Assembly (NCBI GenBank): GCA_944387065.1
Contig: CALXDM010000007.1
Location: forward strand, 8,864 to 72,863
DNA from: an uncultured Oscillospiraceae bacterium
GTDB lineage: Bacteria; Bacillota; Clostridia; Oscillospirales; Oscillospiraceae
Reading direction: 5' to 3'
Length of the DNA: 64,000 nt
The notes beneath the pieces were generated by a model. The model ran no database searches, was not told the origin of the DNA, and saw only the letters and a list, made by a program, of their open reading frames with translations. Position numbers and translations under genes: made by a program. This document shows positions 17,443-28,004 of the stretch, piece by piece. Every line of letters begins with the position of its first letter. The stretch's first letter is position 1.

Positions 17443-18996
17443 TCACAGCAGCGGCGCCATCAGCCGCAGCGCGTCCCGCAGCAGCCTCCGAGGCAGGGGC
17501 ACCTGGCGACATGCCTCCAGGGTGATCTCCACGCTCTTGCCCTGGGTATCCAGGAAGTCCGCGTGGATCTCGGCCACGGTGGGGGTGTCATAGAGCAGCA
17601 CGCCGTTTTCAAAGTGGAGGAACATGCTGCGGTAGTCCAGGTTCACCGTCCCCACGGTGGCGTACTTCCCGTCCACCACAAAGTTCTTTCCGTGGATGAA
17701 GCCAGGGGTGTACTCAAAGATGCGTATCCCGGCACGCAGCAGCTGCTCATAATAGGCCCGGGTCACCTCAAACACCGTCTTCTTGTCCGGGATATGGGGG
17801 GTGATGATGCGCACATCCACCCCCGCCTTAGCCGCCGCGGTCAGGGCCATGGTCAGCGAATAGTCGATGACCAGGTAGGGGGTGGTGATATAGACATACC
17901 GGGTGGCCCGGTTGATGAGGTTGAGGTACACCGTCAGCCCCACCGGCTCATTGTCCCAGGGACAGTCGTGGTAGGGCTGCACATACCCCTGTACCCCGCC
18001 GGGAGCCGGGGGCGGGCAGTAGGGGTCAAAGCGCTCCTGTTGGCTGCGGGTGAAGTCCCACATGGACAGGAAGGACACTGTCATGGACCACACCGCGTCC
18101 CCCTCCAGCCGGATGGCAGTATCCTTCCAATGGCCGAAGCGTGGCTTGACGTTGATATATTCGTCGGCCATGTTGATCCCTCCGGTGAAGGCCACCTGGC
18201 CGTCGATGATCATATACTTTCGATGGTCCCGGTTGTTCTGGCGCAGGGAGAGCAGGGGCACCAGCCGATTGAACACCCGGCAGTGGATGCCCATCTTCTC
18301 CAGCTTGGCCGGATAGTTGGCCGGTAGGGTGAAGATGGAGCCCACATCGTCGTAGATCACCCGCACCTCCACCCCCTGGGCGGCCTTGCGCGCCAGGATA
18401 TCCAGCACCGAGTTCCACAGCTTGCCCTCCTCGATGATGAAGTACTCGATGAAGATGTAGCGCCGCGCCCCCTCCAGCGCCTCCAGGATGTCGTCATAGC
18501 ACACATCCCCCAGGGGATAGTACTTGGTTTGGGTATTGCCATACACCGGGCAGTTCACCGTCCGCTCTAGATAGGCGGCCATCCGGCCCGCATCCTGCCC
18601 CTCCAGCAGGGCCAGGCTGGCCGACTTGGCGCACTCCCCCCCCAGCTGCTGCTGCATCCGCAGCTCCATGTTGCGCAGCCGGCGCTGGTTGAAGATGGAC
18701 AGGTGGTTGCCCCCCAGCAGCAGGTAGGCCAGCGATCCAAAGGGGATCAGCGCCAGCACGATGATGATCCAGCCGATCTGATAGCCGGGATTGCTGGGGT
18801 TGCCCACGATCCACAGCACCGATAGCACCGACAGCGCCACCGCGATCCCCCAGTAGATCCCATAGTACTGGGTGTCCCGCAGCCAGAGCAGCGCCAGGAC
18901 GTACACCGCGATCTGCGCGGCGATCAGCGTTAGCATAACCCCCAGCCGATGGAAGAGCAGCTTTCCCACTTTGCTCATCAGTTGATACATGGCCAT
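17443..18996 (-). CDS. cls: Cardiolipin synthase
   Basis: Two HKD motifs (HRKYMIID, HGKNFVVD), N-terminal TM helices and PLDc_N-like region. Confidence 0.93.
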   Translation of the reverse strand: MAMYQLMSKVGKLLFHRLGVMLTLIAAQIAVYVLALLWLRDTQYYGIYWGIAVALSVLSVLWIVGNPSNPGYQIGWIIIVLALIPFGSLAYLLLGGNHLSIFNQRRLRNMELRMQQQLGGECAKSASLALLEGQDAGRMAAYLERTVNCPVYGNTQTKYYPLGDVCYDDILEALEGARRYIFIEYFIIEEGKLWNSVLDILARKAAQGVEVRVIYDDVGSIFTLPANYPAKLEKMGIHCRVFNRLVPLLSLRQNNRDHRKYMIIDGQVAFTGGINMADEYINVKPRFGHWKDTAIRLEGDAVWSMTVSFLSMWDFTRSQQERFDPYCPPPAPGGVQGYVQPYHDCPWDNEPVGLTVYLNLINRATRYVYITTPYLVIDYSLTMALTAAAKAGVDVRIITPHIPDKKTVFEVTRAYYEQLLRAGIRIFEYTPGFIHGKNFVVDGKYATVGTVNLDYRSMFLHFENGVLLYDTPTVAEIHADFLDTQGKSVEITLEACRQVPLPRRLLRDALRLMAPLL

Positions 18997-19006
18997 TCCC
19001 CCGTCC

Positions 19007-22000
19007 TCACGCCCCCCGGAGCACCACGTTGCCCTGGCCCAACACCTCGTTCAGCTCAGCCAGCAGCGCCTCGTGGATCAGGCACCGGGTGCGCAGCTTC
19101 CGGCGGCTGTCCTCTAGGTAGACGATGGCGGTGTCATCCCCCGGGAACATATGCAGCAGCTTCTTCAGCCAGGCGAAGGTCTCCCCCTGTCCGTCCAGGC
19201 GGATCCACAGCACCTGCCCCTCATCCCCTCCCTGGGCCGGGCTGCCCAGGGGGAGCACCCGGTCCACCATCAGCTGGGGGGCCTTCTCGTCCCGGACGGA
19301 CACCCGGCCGCTCACCACCAGGGGCTGGCCCGCCCTCAGGTAGGACCCGCACTCGGCCAACACCTTGGAAAAGACCAACAGCTCCATGGCGGCGCTGGCG
19401 TCCTCCAGCGTCACATAGGCCATCAGGGAATTGTTCCGGGTGGTCTTGGTCCGGGCGGCGGACACCACCCCGGCCACGTTCAGCCGGGCGCCGTCTCCAT
19501 AGCGGCCGTCCCCCTCCTCCCCGCCGGCGCTTAGAACGGCGGCGATGGGCACTGGATTGTATTGTTTCACCTGTCCCCGGTATTCATCCATGGGGTGGCC
19601 GGATAGATACAGCCCGGTCACCTCCTTTTCCATGCGCAGCAGCTCCACCGGTGAGAACTCGTCCAGGTCGGGCAGGGACATCTCAGGAACCACTCCCCCG
19701 CCCTCCTGGCCGCCAAACAGGTCAAACTGCCCGTCCAGGCGCTGCTTACGGTCCCGGGCGATGGCGTCCAGCACCTGCTCATAGGCGGCCAGCAGCTGGC
19801 TTCTCCGATAGCCCATGCGGTCAAAGCAGCCGGCGCGGATCAGGCTGTCCAGCACCCGCTTGTTCAGCTCCGCCCCGTCGTACATCCGGCTGCAAAACTC
19901 GGGGAAGGAGGTAAAGTTCCCCCTCGCCTCCCGCTCAGCCAGCAGGGCGTTGACAAAGCCCCGGCCCACCCCCTTCAGAGCGGCCAGGCCGAATCGGATG
20001 TCCCCCCCAGACACGGTGAAGGCCGGGCCCGATTCATTGATGTCCGGCGGCAGCAGGGCGATGCCGTTGTCCCGGCACTCGGCGATATACTCGGCCACCT
20101 TGTCCTGGGAGTCCAGCACCGAGGTGAGCAGGGCCGCCATGTACGCCCGGGTGTGATGGCACTTGAACCAGGCCGTCTGGTAGGCCACGATGGCGTAGCT
20201 CATGGCGTGGGCCTTGTTGAAGGCGTAGTTGGCGAAGTCGTAGATCTCGTCGTAGATGGACTGGGCCACCGGCTCAGGGATGCCGTTGGCCATACACCCG
20301 GCGATGCCCCGCTCAGGATCGCCGTGGAGGAAGGTCTCCCGCTCCCGTTCGATGTCCTTGACCTTCTTTTTAGACATGGCTCGGCGCACCAGATCCGCTT
20401 GTCCCAAGGAATAGCCCGCCAGGCGGCGGAAGATCTCGATGACCTGCTCCTGGTAGACGATGCACCCATAGGTCACCGACAAGATGGGCTCCAGCAGAGG
20501 ATGCTTGTAGGTGACCAGGTGGGGGTTCTGGGCGCAGGCCAGGAACTTTGGGATGGAGTCCATGGGCCCGGGCCGGTACAGGGCGATGATGGCGGTGATG
20601 TCCTCGATGCTCTTGGGCTTGAGCCCCACGCACACCCCCGTCATCCCCGCCGACTCCATCTGGAACACCCCGCTGGTGCGCCCCTCCGAGAGCATCTGGA
20701 ACACCCGGGGGTCGTCCTCCGGGATGTCGGCCAGGGTGAAGTCAGGCTGCTCCCGCCGCACCAGCTTCACCGCGTCGTCCAGGATGGTCAGGTTGCGCAG
20801 GCCCAGAAAGTCCATCTTCAACAGGCCCAGCTCCTCCAGGGTGGTCATGGTGTACTGGGTGACGGTCACCTCGTCGTTGGTGGCCAGGGGCACATACTCG
20901 TACGCCGGCCGGCGGGTGATGACCACGCCGGCGGCATGGGTGGAGGCGTTGCGGGGCATCCCCTCGATCTCCCGGGCCAGATCCACCAGCCGCCGGACCT
21001 TCCCATCCTGCTCATACCGGTCGGACAGCTCCTTGGATAGGGCCAGCGCCTTGTCCAAGGTCATCTTCAGGTCAAAGGGCACCAGCTTGGCGATGGCGTC
21101 CACCTCGGAATAGGGCAGGTTGAGCACCCGGCCCACATCCCGGATGGCCGCCTTGGCCTTCATGGTGCCGAAGGTGACAATCTGGGCCACATGGTCCTGG
21201 CCGTACTTCTGGGCCACATAGTCGATGACCTCCTGCCGGCGGCGGATGCAAAAGTCGATGTCGATGTCGGGCATGGTCACCCGCTCCGGGTTGAGGAAGC
21301 GCTCAAAGTACAGGCTGTACTTCATGGGGTCGATGTCGGTGATGTCCAGGCAGTAGGACACCATGGAGCCCGCCGCCGATCCCCGCCCCGGCCCCACAGG
21401 GATGCCCTGGGCCTTGGCGTAGCCAATGAAGTCGGACACGATGAGGAAGTAGTCCACAAAGCCCATCTGGCGGATGACTCCCATCTCCATCTCCAGCCGC
21501 TCCAGATGCTCCTGGCCCGCGTTGGGATAGCGCCGGGCAAAGCCCTGCCGGCACAGCCGCTGGAAGTAGGCGTCCCCGTCCTGCTCCCCCTCGGGCAGCT
21601 TGAACTCGGGTAGTTTGCGCACGCCAAACTCGAACTCCAGGTTGCATGCGTCCGCGATCTTCTGGGTGTTGTCCACCGCCTCGGGGCACTGGGGGAAGAG
21701 CGCGCGCATCTCCTGCTCGCTCTTGACATAGAACTCCTGGGGCTCATACCGCATCCGGTTTGGCTCCTCCAGCAGCTTGCCCGTCTGCACGCACAGCAGC
21801 ACATCCTGCATCTCCGCGTCCTGCCGGGTGAGGTAGTGGGCGTCGTTGGTGCACACCAGCGGGATGCCCGTCTGCTCGTGCAGGCGCAGCATCCCCTCCA
21901 GCACCTGCCGCTGCTGGGGCAGACCGTGGTTTTGCACCTCCAGGTAGTACCCATCCGGGCCGAAGATCCCCTGCATCTCCAGGGCATGGGCCTTTGCCCC

Positions 22001-22456
22001 CTCAAAGTCCCCGTTCAGCAGCCGCCGGGGGATCTCCCCACCCAGGCAGGCCGACAGGGCGATGAGCCCCTGGCTGTGCTCCCGCAGCAGATCCAGGTCA
22101 ATGCGGGGCTTGATATAAAAGCCCTGGGTAAAGGCCATGGACACCAGGTAGGACAGATTGCGATAGCCCGTCTCATCCCGGCACAGCAGCACCAGGTGCC
22201 GGGGGGAGGCGTCCAGCTCATGCACCTGGTCAAACCGGGTGCGAGGGGCCACATAGACCTCGCAGCCGATGATGGGTTTGATCCCCTCCGCCTTGCAAGC
22301 CTTGTAGAACTCGATGGCCCCGTACATCACCCCATGGTCGGTGATGGCCACCGCCTGCTGGCCCAGCTCCTTCACCCGCTTGACCAGCCCCTCGATGCGG
22401 CAGGCCCCGTCCAGCAGGGAGTACTCTGTGTGCAAATGAAGGTGGGTAAAGCTCAT
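19007..22456 (-). CDS. dnaE: DNA polymerase III alpha subunit (DnaE)
   Basis: HLHLHTEYSLLDG PHP domain, GPGRGSAAGS, PDIDIDF, LLKMDFLGLRNL, FNKAHA; ATG 22456. Confidence 0.97.
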   Translation of the reverse strand: MSFTHLHLHTEYSLLDGACRIEGLVKRVKELGQQAVAITDHGVMYGAIEFYKACKAEGIKPIIGCEVYVAPRTRFDQVHELDASPRHLVLLCRDETGYRNLSYLVSMAFTQGFYIKPRIDLDLLREHSQGLIALSACLGGEIPRRLLNGDFEGAKAHALEMQGIFGPDGYYLEVQNHGLPQQRQVLEGMLRLHEQTGIPLVCTNDAHYLTRQDAEMQDVLLCVQTGKLLEEPNRMRYEPQEFYVKSEQEMRALFPQCPEAVDNTQKIADACNLEFEFGVRKLPEFKLPEGEQDGDAYFQRLCRQGFARRYPNAGQEHLERLEMEMGVIRQMGFVDYFLIVSDFIGYAKAQGIPVGPGRGSAAGSMVSYCLDITDIDPMKYSLYFERFLNPERVTMPDIDIDFCIRRRQEVIDYVAQKYGQDHVAQIVTFGTMKAKAAIRDVGRVLNLPYSEVDAIAKLVPFDLKMTLDKALALSKELSDRYEQDGKVRRLVDLAREIEGMPRNASTHAAGVVITRRPAYEYVPLATNDEVTVTQYTMTTLEELGLLKMDFLGLRNLTILDDAVKLVRREQPDFTLADIPEDDPRVFQMLSEGRTSGVFQMESAGMTGVCVGLKPKSIEDITAIIALYRPGPMDSIPKFLACAQNPHLVTYKHPLLEPILSVTYGCIVYQEQVIEIFRRLAGYSLGQADLVRRAMSKKKVKDIERERETFLHGDPERGIAGCMANGIPEPVAQSIYDEIYDFANYAFNKAHAMSYAIVAYQTAWFKCHHTRAYMAALLTSVLDSQDKVAEYIAECRDNGIALLPPDINESGPAFTVSGGDIRFGLAALKGVGRGFVNALLAEREARGNFTSFPEFCSRMYDGAELNKRVLDSLIRAGCFDRMGYRRSQLLAAYEQVLDAIARDRKQRLDGQFDLFGGQEGGGVVPEMSLPDLDEFSPVELLRMEKEVTGLYLSGHPMDEYRGQVKQYNPVPIAAVLSAGGEEGDGRYGDGARLNVAGVVSAARTKTTRNNSLMAYVTLEDASAAMELLVFSKVLAECGSYLRAGQPLVVSGRVSVRDEKAPQLMVDRVLPLGSPAQGGDEGQVLWIRLDGQGETFAWLKKLLHMFPGDDTAIVYLEDSRRKLRTRCLIHEALLAELNEVLGQGNVVLRGA

Positions 22457-22500
22457 TTCGCTTCTCTTCTTTCTCTGTATCTTGGATCGCGCACCCAGTC

Positions 22501-23418
22501 TCAGGGCGCCGCCCCGCTCCCCTGCCCGCTTCGGGACAGCTCCACCAGCCGCCGCAGCCGGTGGTTCAGGGCCGACTTGCTCACCGGCGGGTCGCACAGG
22601 CCGGCCAGCTCGCTCAGGGTGAGCTCAGGGTGGTCCAGCCGCAGCCGGGCCGTCTCCCGCAGCCGGGCGGGCTGCGCCGCCAGCACCCCCGCCTGCTCCA
22701 GGCGGCGAATGGCCTCGATCTGGCTCTGGGCGGCAGCCACCGCCTTGTCCAGGTTGGCTGCGTCACAGTTCACCCGGCGGTTGACGCTGCCCCGCAAATC
22801 CCGCTCCAGCTTGGCCGTCATCACCGCCATAGCCGACACCGGGGCCCCGATCTTGGTGAGGAAATCCTCAATGTGGTCAGACTGTTTAAAATAAGTGATA
22901 TAGTTGCCCTTCCGGGTTGCGTCCTTGGGGGAGAAGCCCACCTCCCGCAGCAGGGCGGGCATCTCCCGGCCCACATGGTAGTGGGAGGTGGCCAGCTCCA
23001 GGTGATAGCCCTTTTCCGGGTCGGTCACCGAGCCGCCGGCCAGAAAGGCCCCCCGGAGGAAGGCCACCTGACAGTGCTCTTCCTCCAGGTGAGCGAAGTT
23101 GACGTGGATGGACACCGCGCTGCCCGCCTCCAGCCCGAAGGTGTCAAAGATCACCCCCAGCTTGTCCGGCGCTTCAATCAGGAAGGTGCCCTTTCCTTCC
23201 CCCTCCGCCGGGGTCTGGTCAAAGTCCAGGCGGAAGGCCTTTCGGAACAGGGCGGGCAGGCGCCGCTTCAGCTGGGGCGACTCGGTGATGATGCGCACCT
23301 GACGGCTGTGGAAGCTGTTGCAGTACAGCAGCACACCGTAGGCCTCCGCCTGGGCGCAGCAGCGCCGCGCCAACCCCTGCCGGCACAGCTCCTGCTTGAC
23401 CTGCGCGGCAAAACTCAT
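22501..23418 (-). CDS. whiA: DNA-binding protein WhiA
   Basis: FLRGAFLAGGSVTDP, YHLE, VNRRVNCDAANLDK, SKSALNHRLRRL. Confidence 0.95.
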   Translation of the reverse strand: MSFAAQVKQELCRQGLARRCCAQAEAYGVLLYCNSFHSRQVRIITESPQLKRRLPALFRKAFRLDFDQTPAEGEGKGTFLIEAPDKLGVIFDTFGLEAGSAVSIHVNFAHLEEEHCQVAFLRGAFLAGGSVTDPEKGYHLELATSHYHVGREMPALLREVGFSPKDATRKGNYITYFKQSDHIEDFLTKIGAPVSAMAVMTAKLERDLRGSVNRRVNCDAANLDKAVAAAQSQIEAIRRLEQAGVLAAQPARLRETARLRLDHPELTLSELAGLCDPPVSKSALNHRLRRLVELSRSGQGSGAAP

Positions 23419-23436
23419 GCCCCTTCCCCCTCTGCC

Positions 23437-24432
23437 TCAGAATATCTTGGTGTCCGCCGTCTGATGGTACAGCTCCATCACCGCCTGGGCCACCTTCACC
23501 CCCGAGTGGCGGGCATAGTGGGAGCCCTCGTCGGTGAGTGGGCGCAGCACCACCTCCGCCCCCAGCAGCTCCACCGCCCGTCGATCCACCCGCATGGGCT
23601 CGGCGTCCTCCCGGGAATAGCGCTCCAGCAGCGCGCGGCGCACCGGCGTACTGTTGCACAGGCACAGCTTGACCAGCCCCGGCCCCCCGTGCTCCAGCAG
23701 GGCGGCCAGATGGTCGGCTGCGCTCATCCCCTCCGTCTCCCCGTCCTGGGTCATGATGTTACATACGTAGATTTTCAGCGCCCGGCTGTCCCGGATGGCC
23801 TCGGAGATGCCGTCCACCAGCAGGTTGGGGATCACGCTGGTGTACAGGCTGCCCGGCCCCAGCAGGATCACGTCTGCCCGGTGGATGGCCGCCAGCGCCG
23901 CGGGCAGGGCGGGCGGGTTGTCCGGCACCAGGCGAACATGGTGGATGCGGCAGTTCTGCTGCTTCTTGAAGGCGAAGATCTTGGACTCCCCACACACGCT
24001 GGCCCCGTTCTCAAAGGCGGCCTCCAAGCGCACGTTGGCGTTGGTCACCGGCAGGATGCAGCCGGTGATGGCCAGCACCTGGCTCATGCGCTCCACCGCC
24101 TGGTCAAAGGAGTCGGAGATGCCCGTCAGCGCGGCCAGCAGCAGGTTGCCGAAGGCCTGTCCCGCCAGCCGCCCTTCCGTGAAGCGGTAGGCCAGCAGGT
24201 TTTGCATCAGCGACTCGGTGTCCGCCAGGGCTTCCATGCAGTTACGAATGTCCCCCGGCGGGGGCATGCCCAGATCCTCCCGCAGCATCCCTGACCCACC
24301 CCCGTCGTCGGCCACGGTGACGATGGCCGTCAAGTCCTGGGTGTACAGCTTCAGCCCCCGCAGGATGGCGGACAGGCCGTTGCCCCCGCCCAGGGCCACG
24401 ATGGCCGGGCCCCGCTTTGCTTGCTCTGCCAT
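23437..24432 (-). CDS. yvcK: YvcK/GlmR (CofD-like gluconeogenesis factor)
   Basis: LGGGNGL, VTVADDGGGSG, PPGDIRN, GPGSLYTS; rapZ-yvcK-whiA order. Confidence 0.93.
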   Translation of the reverse strand: MAEQAKRGPAIVALGGGNGLSAILRGLKLYTQDLTAIVTVADDGGGSGMLREDLGMPPPGDIRNCMEALADTESLMQNLLAYRFTEGRLAGQAFGNLLLAALTGISDSFDQAVERMSQVLAITGCILPVTNANVRLEAAFENGASVCGESKIFAFKKQQNCRIHHVRLVPDNPPALPAALAAIHRADVILLGPGSLYTSVIPNLLVDGISEAIRDSRALKIYVCNIMTQDGETEGMSAADHLAALLEHGGPGLVKLCLCNSTPVRRALLERYSREDAEPMRVDRRAVELLGAEVVLRPLTDEGSHYARHSGVKVAQAVMELYHQTADTKIF

Positions 24433-24435
24433 GGC

Positions 24436-25299
24436 TCAGCCCCTCGTCATGTCCCGGTGGTTCTCTCCGGCGGCGTAGCCCTGGGCGCGGATGTGCTGGG
24501 CCAGGGCGTGGGTGACGGCCACGGAGCGGTGCCGGCCGCCGGTACAGCCGATGGCGATGACCAGCGCGCTCTTCCCCTCCTCCAGGAACTGGGGCAGCAG
24601 GAAGTCGACCATGTCTGTCAGCCGCTCCAGAAACTGCCGGGCCTGGGGATAGCTGAACACATAGTCCCGCACCCCATCGTCCAGGCCGGTCTGGCCCCTC
24701 AGCTGCTCCACATAGAAGGGGTTGGGCAGAAAGCGCACGTCAAAGACCAGGTCGGCCTCCAGGGGGATGCCGTACTTGAAGCCAAAGGAGGTCACGGCAA
24801 TGCTCATCTCGTAGCGCCGTTGCTGCCCCGGCATACACGTCTCCAGCACCCGGTCGCGCAGCTTCCGGGCCGACAGGGCGGTGGTGTCGATGACGTAGTC
24901 CGCTCGCTGGCGCACCGCCTCCATGGCCTGGCGCTCCCGCTCCACCGCCTGGAGCAGGCCGCCCTCCTCCGCCAGGAGGGGATGGCCCCGCCGAGTCTCC
25001 TGATAGCGCTTGATGATGGTCTTGGTATCCGCCTCCAGAAAGAGGATCCGGTAGTCAAACTGCATCTCCCGCAGGGCGTCCAGGGCCTGGAACAGACCCT
25101 CAAAGGTCTCCCCGCCCCGGATGTCGCAGGCCATGGCCACCCGCTCATAGGCCCCCGTTCCCGCCAGGCACAGCTCGGCAAACTTGGGGATGAGCTGCGG
25201 CGGCAGATTGTCCACGCAGAAAAAGCCGCTGTCCTCCAGCACGGACATCACCGTGGACTTACCAGCGCCGGACAGCCCCGATACGATCAGAAATTCCAT
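24436..25299 (-). CDS. rapZ: RapZ/YvcJ P-loop RNase adapter
   Basis: SGLSGAGKS, CVDNLP, SFGFKYG, DVRFLPNP, GCTGGRHRSV. Confidence 0.95.
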   Translation of the reverse strand: MEFLIVSGLSGAGKSTVMSVLEDSGFFCVDNLPPQLIPKFAELCLAGTGAYERVAMACDIRGGETFEGLFQALDALREMQFDYRILFLEADTKTIIKRYQETRRGHPLLAEEGGLLQAVERERQAMEAVRQRADYVIDTTALSARKLRDRVLETCMPGQQRRYEMSIAVTSFGFKYGIPLEADLVFDVRFLPNPFYVEQLRGQTGLDDGVRDYVFSYPQARQFLERLTDMVDFLLPQFLEEGKSALVIAIGCTGGRHRSVAVTHALAQHIRAQGYAAGENHRDMTRG

Positions 25300-25319
25300 C
25301 CCTGCCCCTCCCCCTTACT

Positions 25320-26240
25320 TCATATACTTTTCACATACTTCACTTCCGGCTCCAGCTCCACCCCGGTCTCCCGGAACACCCGCTCCCGCACCTGATCCAT
25401 CAGCGTCAGGATGTCCCGGCAGGTGGCCCCGCCGGCGTTGATCACAAAGCCCGCGTGCTTTTCCGACACCTGGGCCCCGCCCACCCGCAGCCCCTTCAGC
25501 CCGCACCCCTCGATGAGGGCCGCGGCAAAGTGCCCTGCCGGGCGCTTAAAGGTAGAGCCCGCGCTGGGATAGTCCAGCGGCTGCTTCTGCCGGCGCCGGG
25601 CCATCAACTTCCCCATCTGATCCCGGATGGCCGCCGGGTCCCCCGGGGCCAGGCGCACCGATGCGGACAGGATGAGCCACTCCCCATAGGTGAAGATGGA
25701 GTGCCGGTAGGAGAAGCGGCACTCCTGCCCTGTCAGCGTGCGCACCTGGCCCGCCCCGTCCAGGGCCCGAACCTGGTCGATCACCTGACACATCTCCCCG
25801 CCGTAGGCCCCCGCGTTCATCACCGCCGCCCCGCCCAGGCTGCCTGGGATGCCATGGGCAAATTCCAGCCCGGTGAGAGCCCGGGCCGCAGCCTCCATGG
25901 CCAGCCGGGCCAGGGGGATTCCGGCGCCGGCCTCCAGGGTATTCTCCCCTGTCTCCTTCACCCAGCCCACCCGGGGGGCGGTCTTGAGTACCAAGGCGTC
26001 CAACCCTCCATCGTCCACCAGCAGGTTGGAGCCGTTGCCCACCACCAGCGGGTCCAGCCCCGCCCGGCGGGCTGCCCGGGCCGCAGCCAGCAGCTCCCCC
26101 TCGTCCCGGGGCAGGGCCAGCAGGGCGGCCGGTCCCCCCACCCGGAAGGTGGTGTGCCTGCTCATGGGCTCGTCCCGACGTAACTCCAGTCCAGGTGCCG
26201 CCCGGCGCAGGCGCGCCTCGATCTCATCCAGCTTTCTCAT
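25320..26240 (-). CDS. murB: UDP-N-acetylenolpyruvoylglucosamine reductase
   Basis: HTTFRVGG, GNGSNLL, GIPGSLGG..MNAGAYG, SAGSTFKRP, SEKHAGF, LEPEV. Confidence 0.96.
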   Translation of the reverse strand: MRKLDEIEARLRRAAPGLELRRDEPMSRHTTFRVGGPAALLALPRDEGELLAAARAARRAGLDPLVVGNGSNLLVDDGGLDALVLKTAPRVGWVKETGENTLEAGAGIPLARLAMEAAARALTGLEFAHGIPGSLGGAAVMNAGAYGGEMCQVIDQVRALDGAGQVRTLTGQECRFSYRHSIFTYGEWLILSASVRLAPGDPAAIRDQMGKLMARRRQKQPLDYPSAGSTFKRPAGHFAAALIEGCGLKGLRVGGAQVSEKHAGFVINAGGATCRDILTLMDQVRERVFRETGVELEPEVKYVKSI

Positions 26241-26327
26241 CTCGCTCCTCCTGGGCGGACCCGCCCCGACGTCTTCTCAGTTATTATACCAGAATCGAGC
26301 TGGAAAGAGAATAGGTTTCCAAAATTT

Positions 26328-26361
26328 CAGGCCCCGGCGGGCCTGTGCCCGCCGGGGCCTG
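26328..26361. terminator. Hairpin after Cys-rich gene
   Basis: Perfect 15-bp stem caggccccggcgggc / gcccgccggggcctg. Confidence 0.55.
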
Positions 26362-26405
26362 GTGGCAATCCACTCGGTCGCTTTCAGTCTGTCCTTTCCG
26401 CCCGC

Positions 26406-27243
26406 TCAGCAGCAGATGTCAAAGTTTTTGGTATCCTGATAGCTGTCCGACTGGGGGGTGGTATTGGGCGGGAAGAACTCATCCACGGGGAACTGCACCT
26501 TCCGGAACACGGCGCAGGGATCCTCCTCTTCCCCGCTGCCCGGGCACTCCTTGCTGGGCATGCAGTAGTCGTAGGCGGGAATGAGCAGCTGGCTCTCCCG
26601 CTCCAGGCGGATGATGGAGAACTGCCCCAGGGTGACGTACACCCGCTTCCCCTCCCCGCTCATGGTCAGCTCGCCGGGGAAGCACCCGGTGATGGCCGCG
26701 GGAATGTCAGAGGCGTCACAGTAGTCCCGGATGGGGGGGTCGCAGGCGTCCACCAGCTTGATGCCCAGGATCAGCGGATCCACCGCGTCCACCACGGCCA
26801 CGGGCAGGTTGGTGCGGGTCAGCTTCTGGGTGTCCAACTCGTTGCAGGACAGGTTGGAGGAGAACACCTTGGCCGATCCCTCGCTGCCAAACAGGATGGC
26901 CCGCTTATCAAACACCACCAGTCCGCTGATGGACACCGGGCGCGCGCCGCCCACAAAGGCGTCTGCGGTGACCCGGTAGAAGTAGCGCACATCCACGGTG
27001 TAGTACCCGCGGTTGAAGCTCACCGGCTCCACGTCAATGTAAGCGTACAGCAGCTCGGCACGCCCGGCCTTCAGGCTGATGGCGCGGTCGATCACCGCCT
27101 GGGAACTGGCGGTGGGGTACAGGCGCAGATCCTCCACGCAGTCCTTGTCGCGGCAGCTATCATAGATTTTTCGGGTGTGGATGCATACGGCCTCACGGAT
27201 ACCGGCGGTATCGGAAATGGGGCCCGGCTCGATGTATTCAGCC
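26406..27243 (-). CDS. Cys-rich hypothetical protein, probably sporulation/coat-associated
   Basis: SD ggaggt before ATG 27243; AVCIHTRKIYDSCRDKDC, YDYCMPSKEC, terminal CC; upstream sigmaK-like promoter. Confidence 0.7.
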
Positions 27244-27308
27244 ATAATCGTACCTCCCGATGGTTGATGGGGGAATGGAAAAGGCAAACGCGCTTTTCTT
27301 CCAATCCC

Positions 27309-27334
27309 ATTGTATGTGCGCCCTGGGCTTTGGT
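27309..27334 (-). promoter_or_regulatory. Mother-cell sigmaK/sigmaE-type promoter
   Basis: AC-N16-CATACAAT on minus strand. Confidence 0.55.
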
Positions 27335-27379
27335 GCGCGCGCCATCCTTCCATCGTCCATGGGCGCCCCGGCCTGCCCC

Positions 27380-27928
27380 TCAGAGCCGCTTGAGCACCCG
27401 GGCAGGCACGCCGCCCACCACCGTGTTGGCCGGCACATCCCGGCTCACCACGGCGCCGGCGGCCACGATGGCGTTGTCCCCAATGGTGACACCGGGCAGG
27501 ACGGTGGCGTTGGAGCCGATCCACACGTTCCGGCCAATCACGATGGGCCCCGGGATGACCTGGCTGCGGTTGGCCGGATCTGGGTCATGGTTCAGGGTGG
27601 CCAGCACCACATTGTGGCCGATCTGGGCCCCGTCCCCGATGGTGATGCCCCCCTGATCCTGGAAGCGGCAGCCCGAGTTGAGAAACACGTTCCGCCCCAC
27701 CTGGATGTTCCGCCCATAGTCGGTGTGGAAGGGCGGGAAGAGACAAAACCCCTCTCCCACCGGCCGACCGATGATCTGGGAAAACAGCGCCGTCACTTCC
27801 TCCGGCTCGTGGTAGTCCCGGTTCAGCTGGGCCGTCAGCCGGAGCGCCCTCTGGCTCTCCTGCCGCAGGTACTGGTAGACGGGCACCCCTAGCTGCCCGG
27901 CCCGCGCCTCAATCTCCTCATACCCCAT
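27380..27928 (-). CDS. Sugar O-acetyltransferase (left-handed beta-helix, Maa/LacA-like)
   Basis: PPFHTDYGRNI, GITIG, IGRNVWIG, LPGVTIG, AGAVV, GGVPAR; SD aggagg. Confidence 0.9.
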   Translation of the reverse strand: MGYEEIEARAGQLGVPVYQYLRQESQRALRLTAQLNRDYHEPEEVTALFSQIIGRPVGEGFCLFPPFHTDYGRNIQVGRNVFLNSGCRFQDQGGITIGDGAQIGHNVVLATLNHDPDPANRSQVIPGPIVIGRNVWIGSNATVLPGVTIGDNAIVAAGAVVSRDVPANTVVGGVPARVLKRL

Positions 27929-27967
27929 GTCCACATACCTCCTATCTGCACGCCAATCCCGCTCAAA

Positions 27968-27993
27968 AGGTGGCGGCAAAACTGCCGCCACCT
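27968..27993 (-). terminator. Terminator after purA
   Basis: 11-bp stem aggtggcggca / tgccgccacct followed by T run on minus strand. Confidence 0.65.
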
Positions 27994-28004
27994 GTCAGGT
28001 GTTT

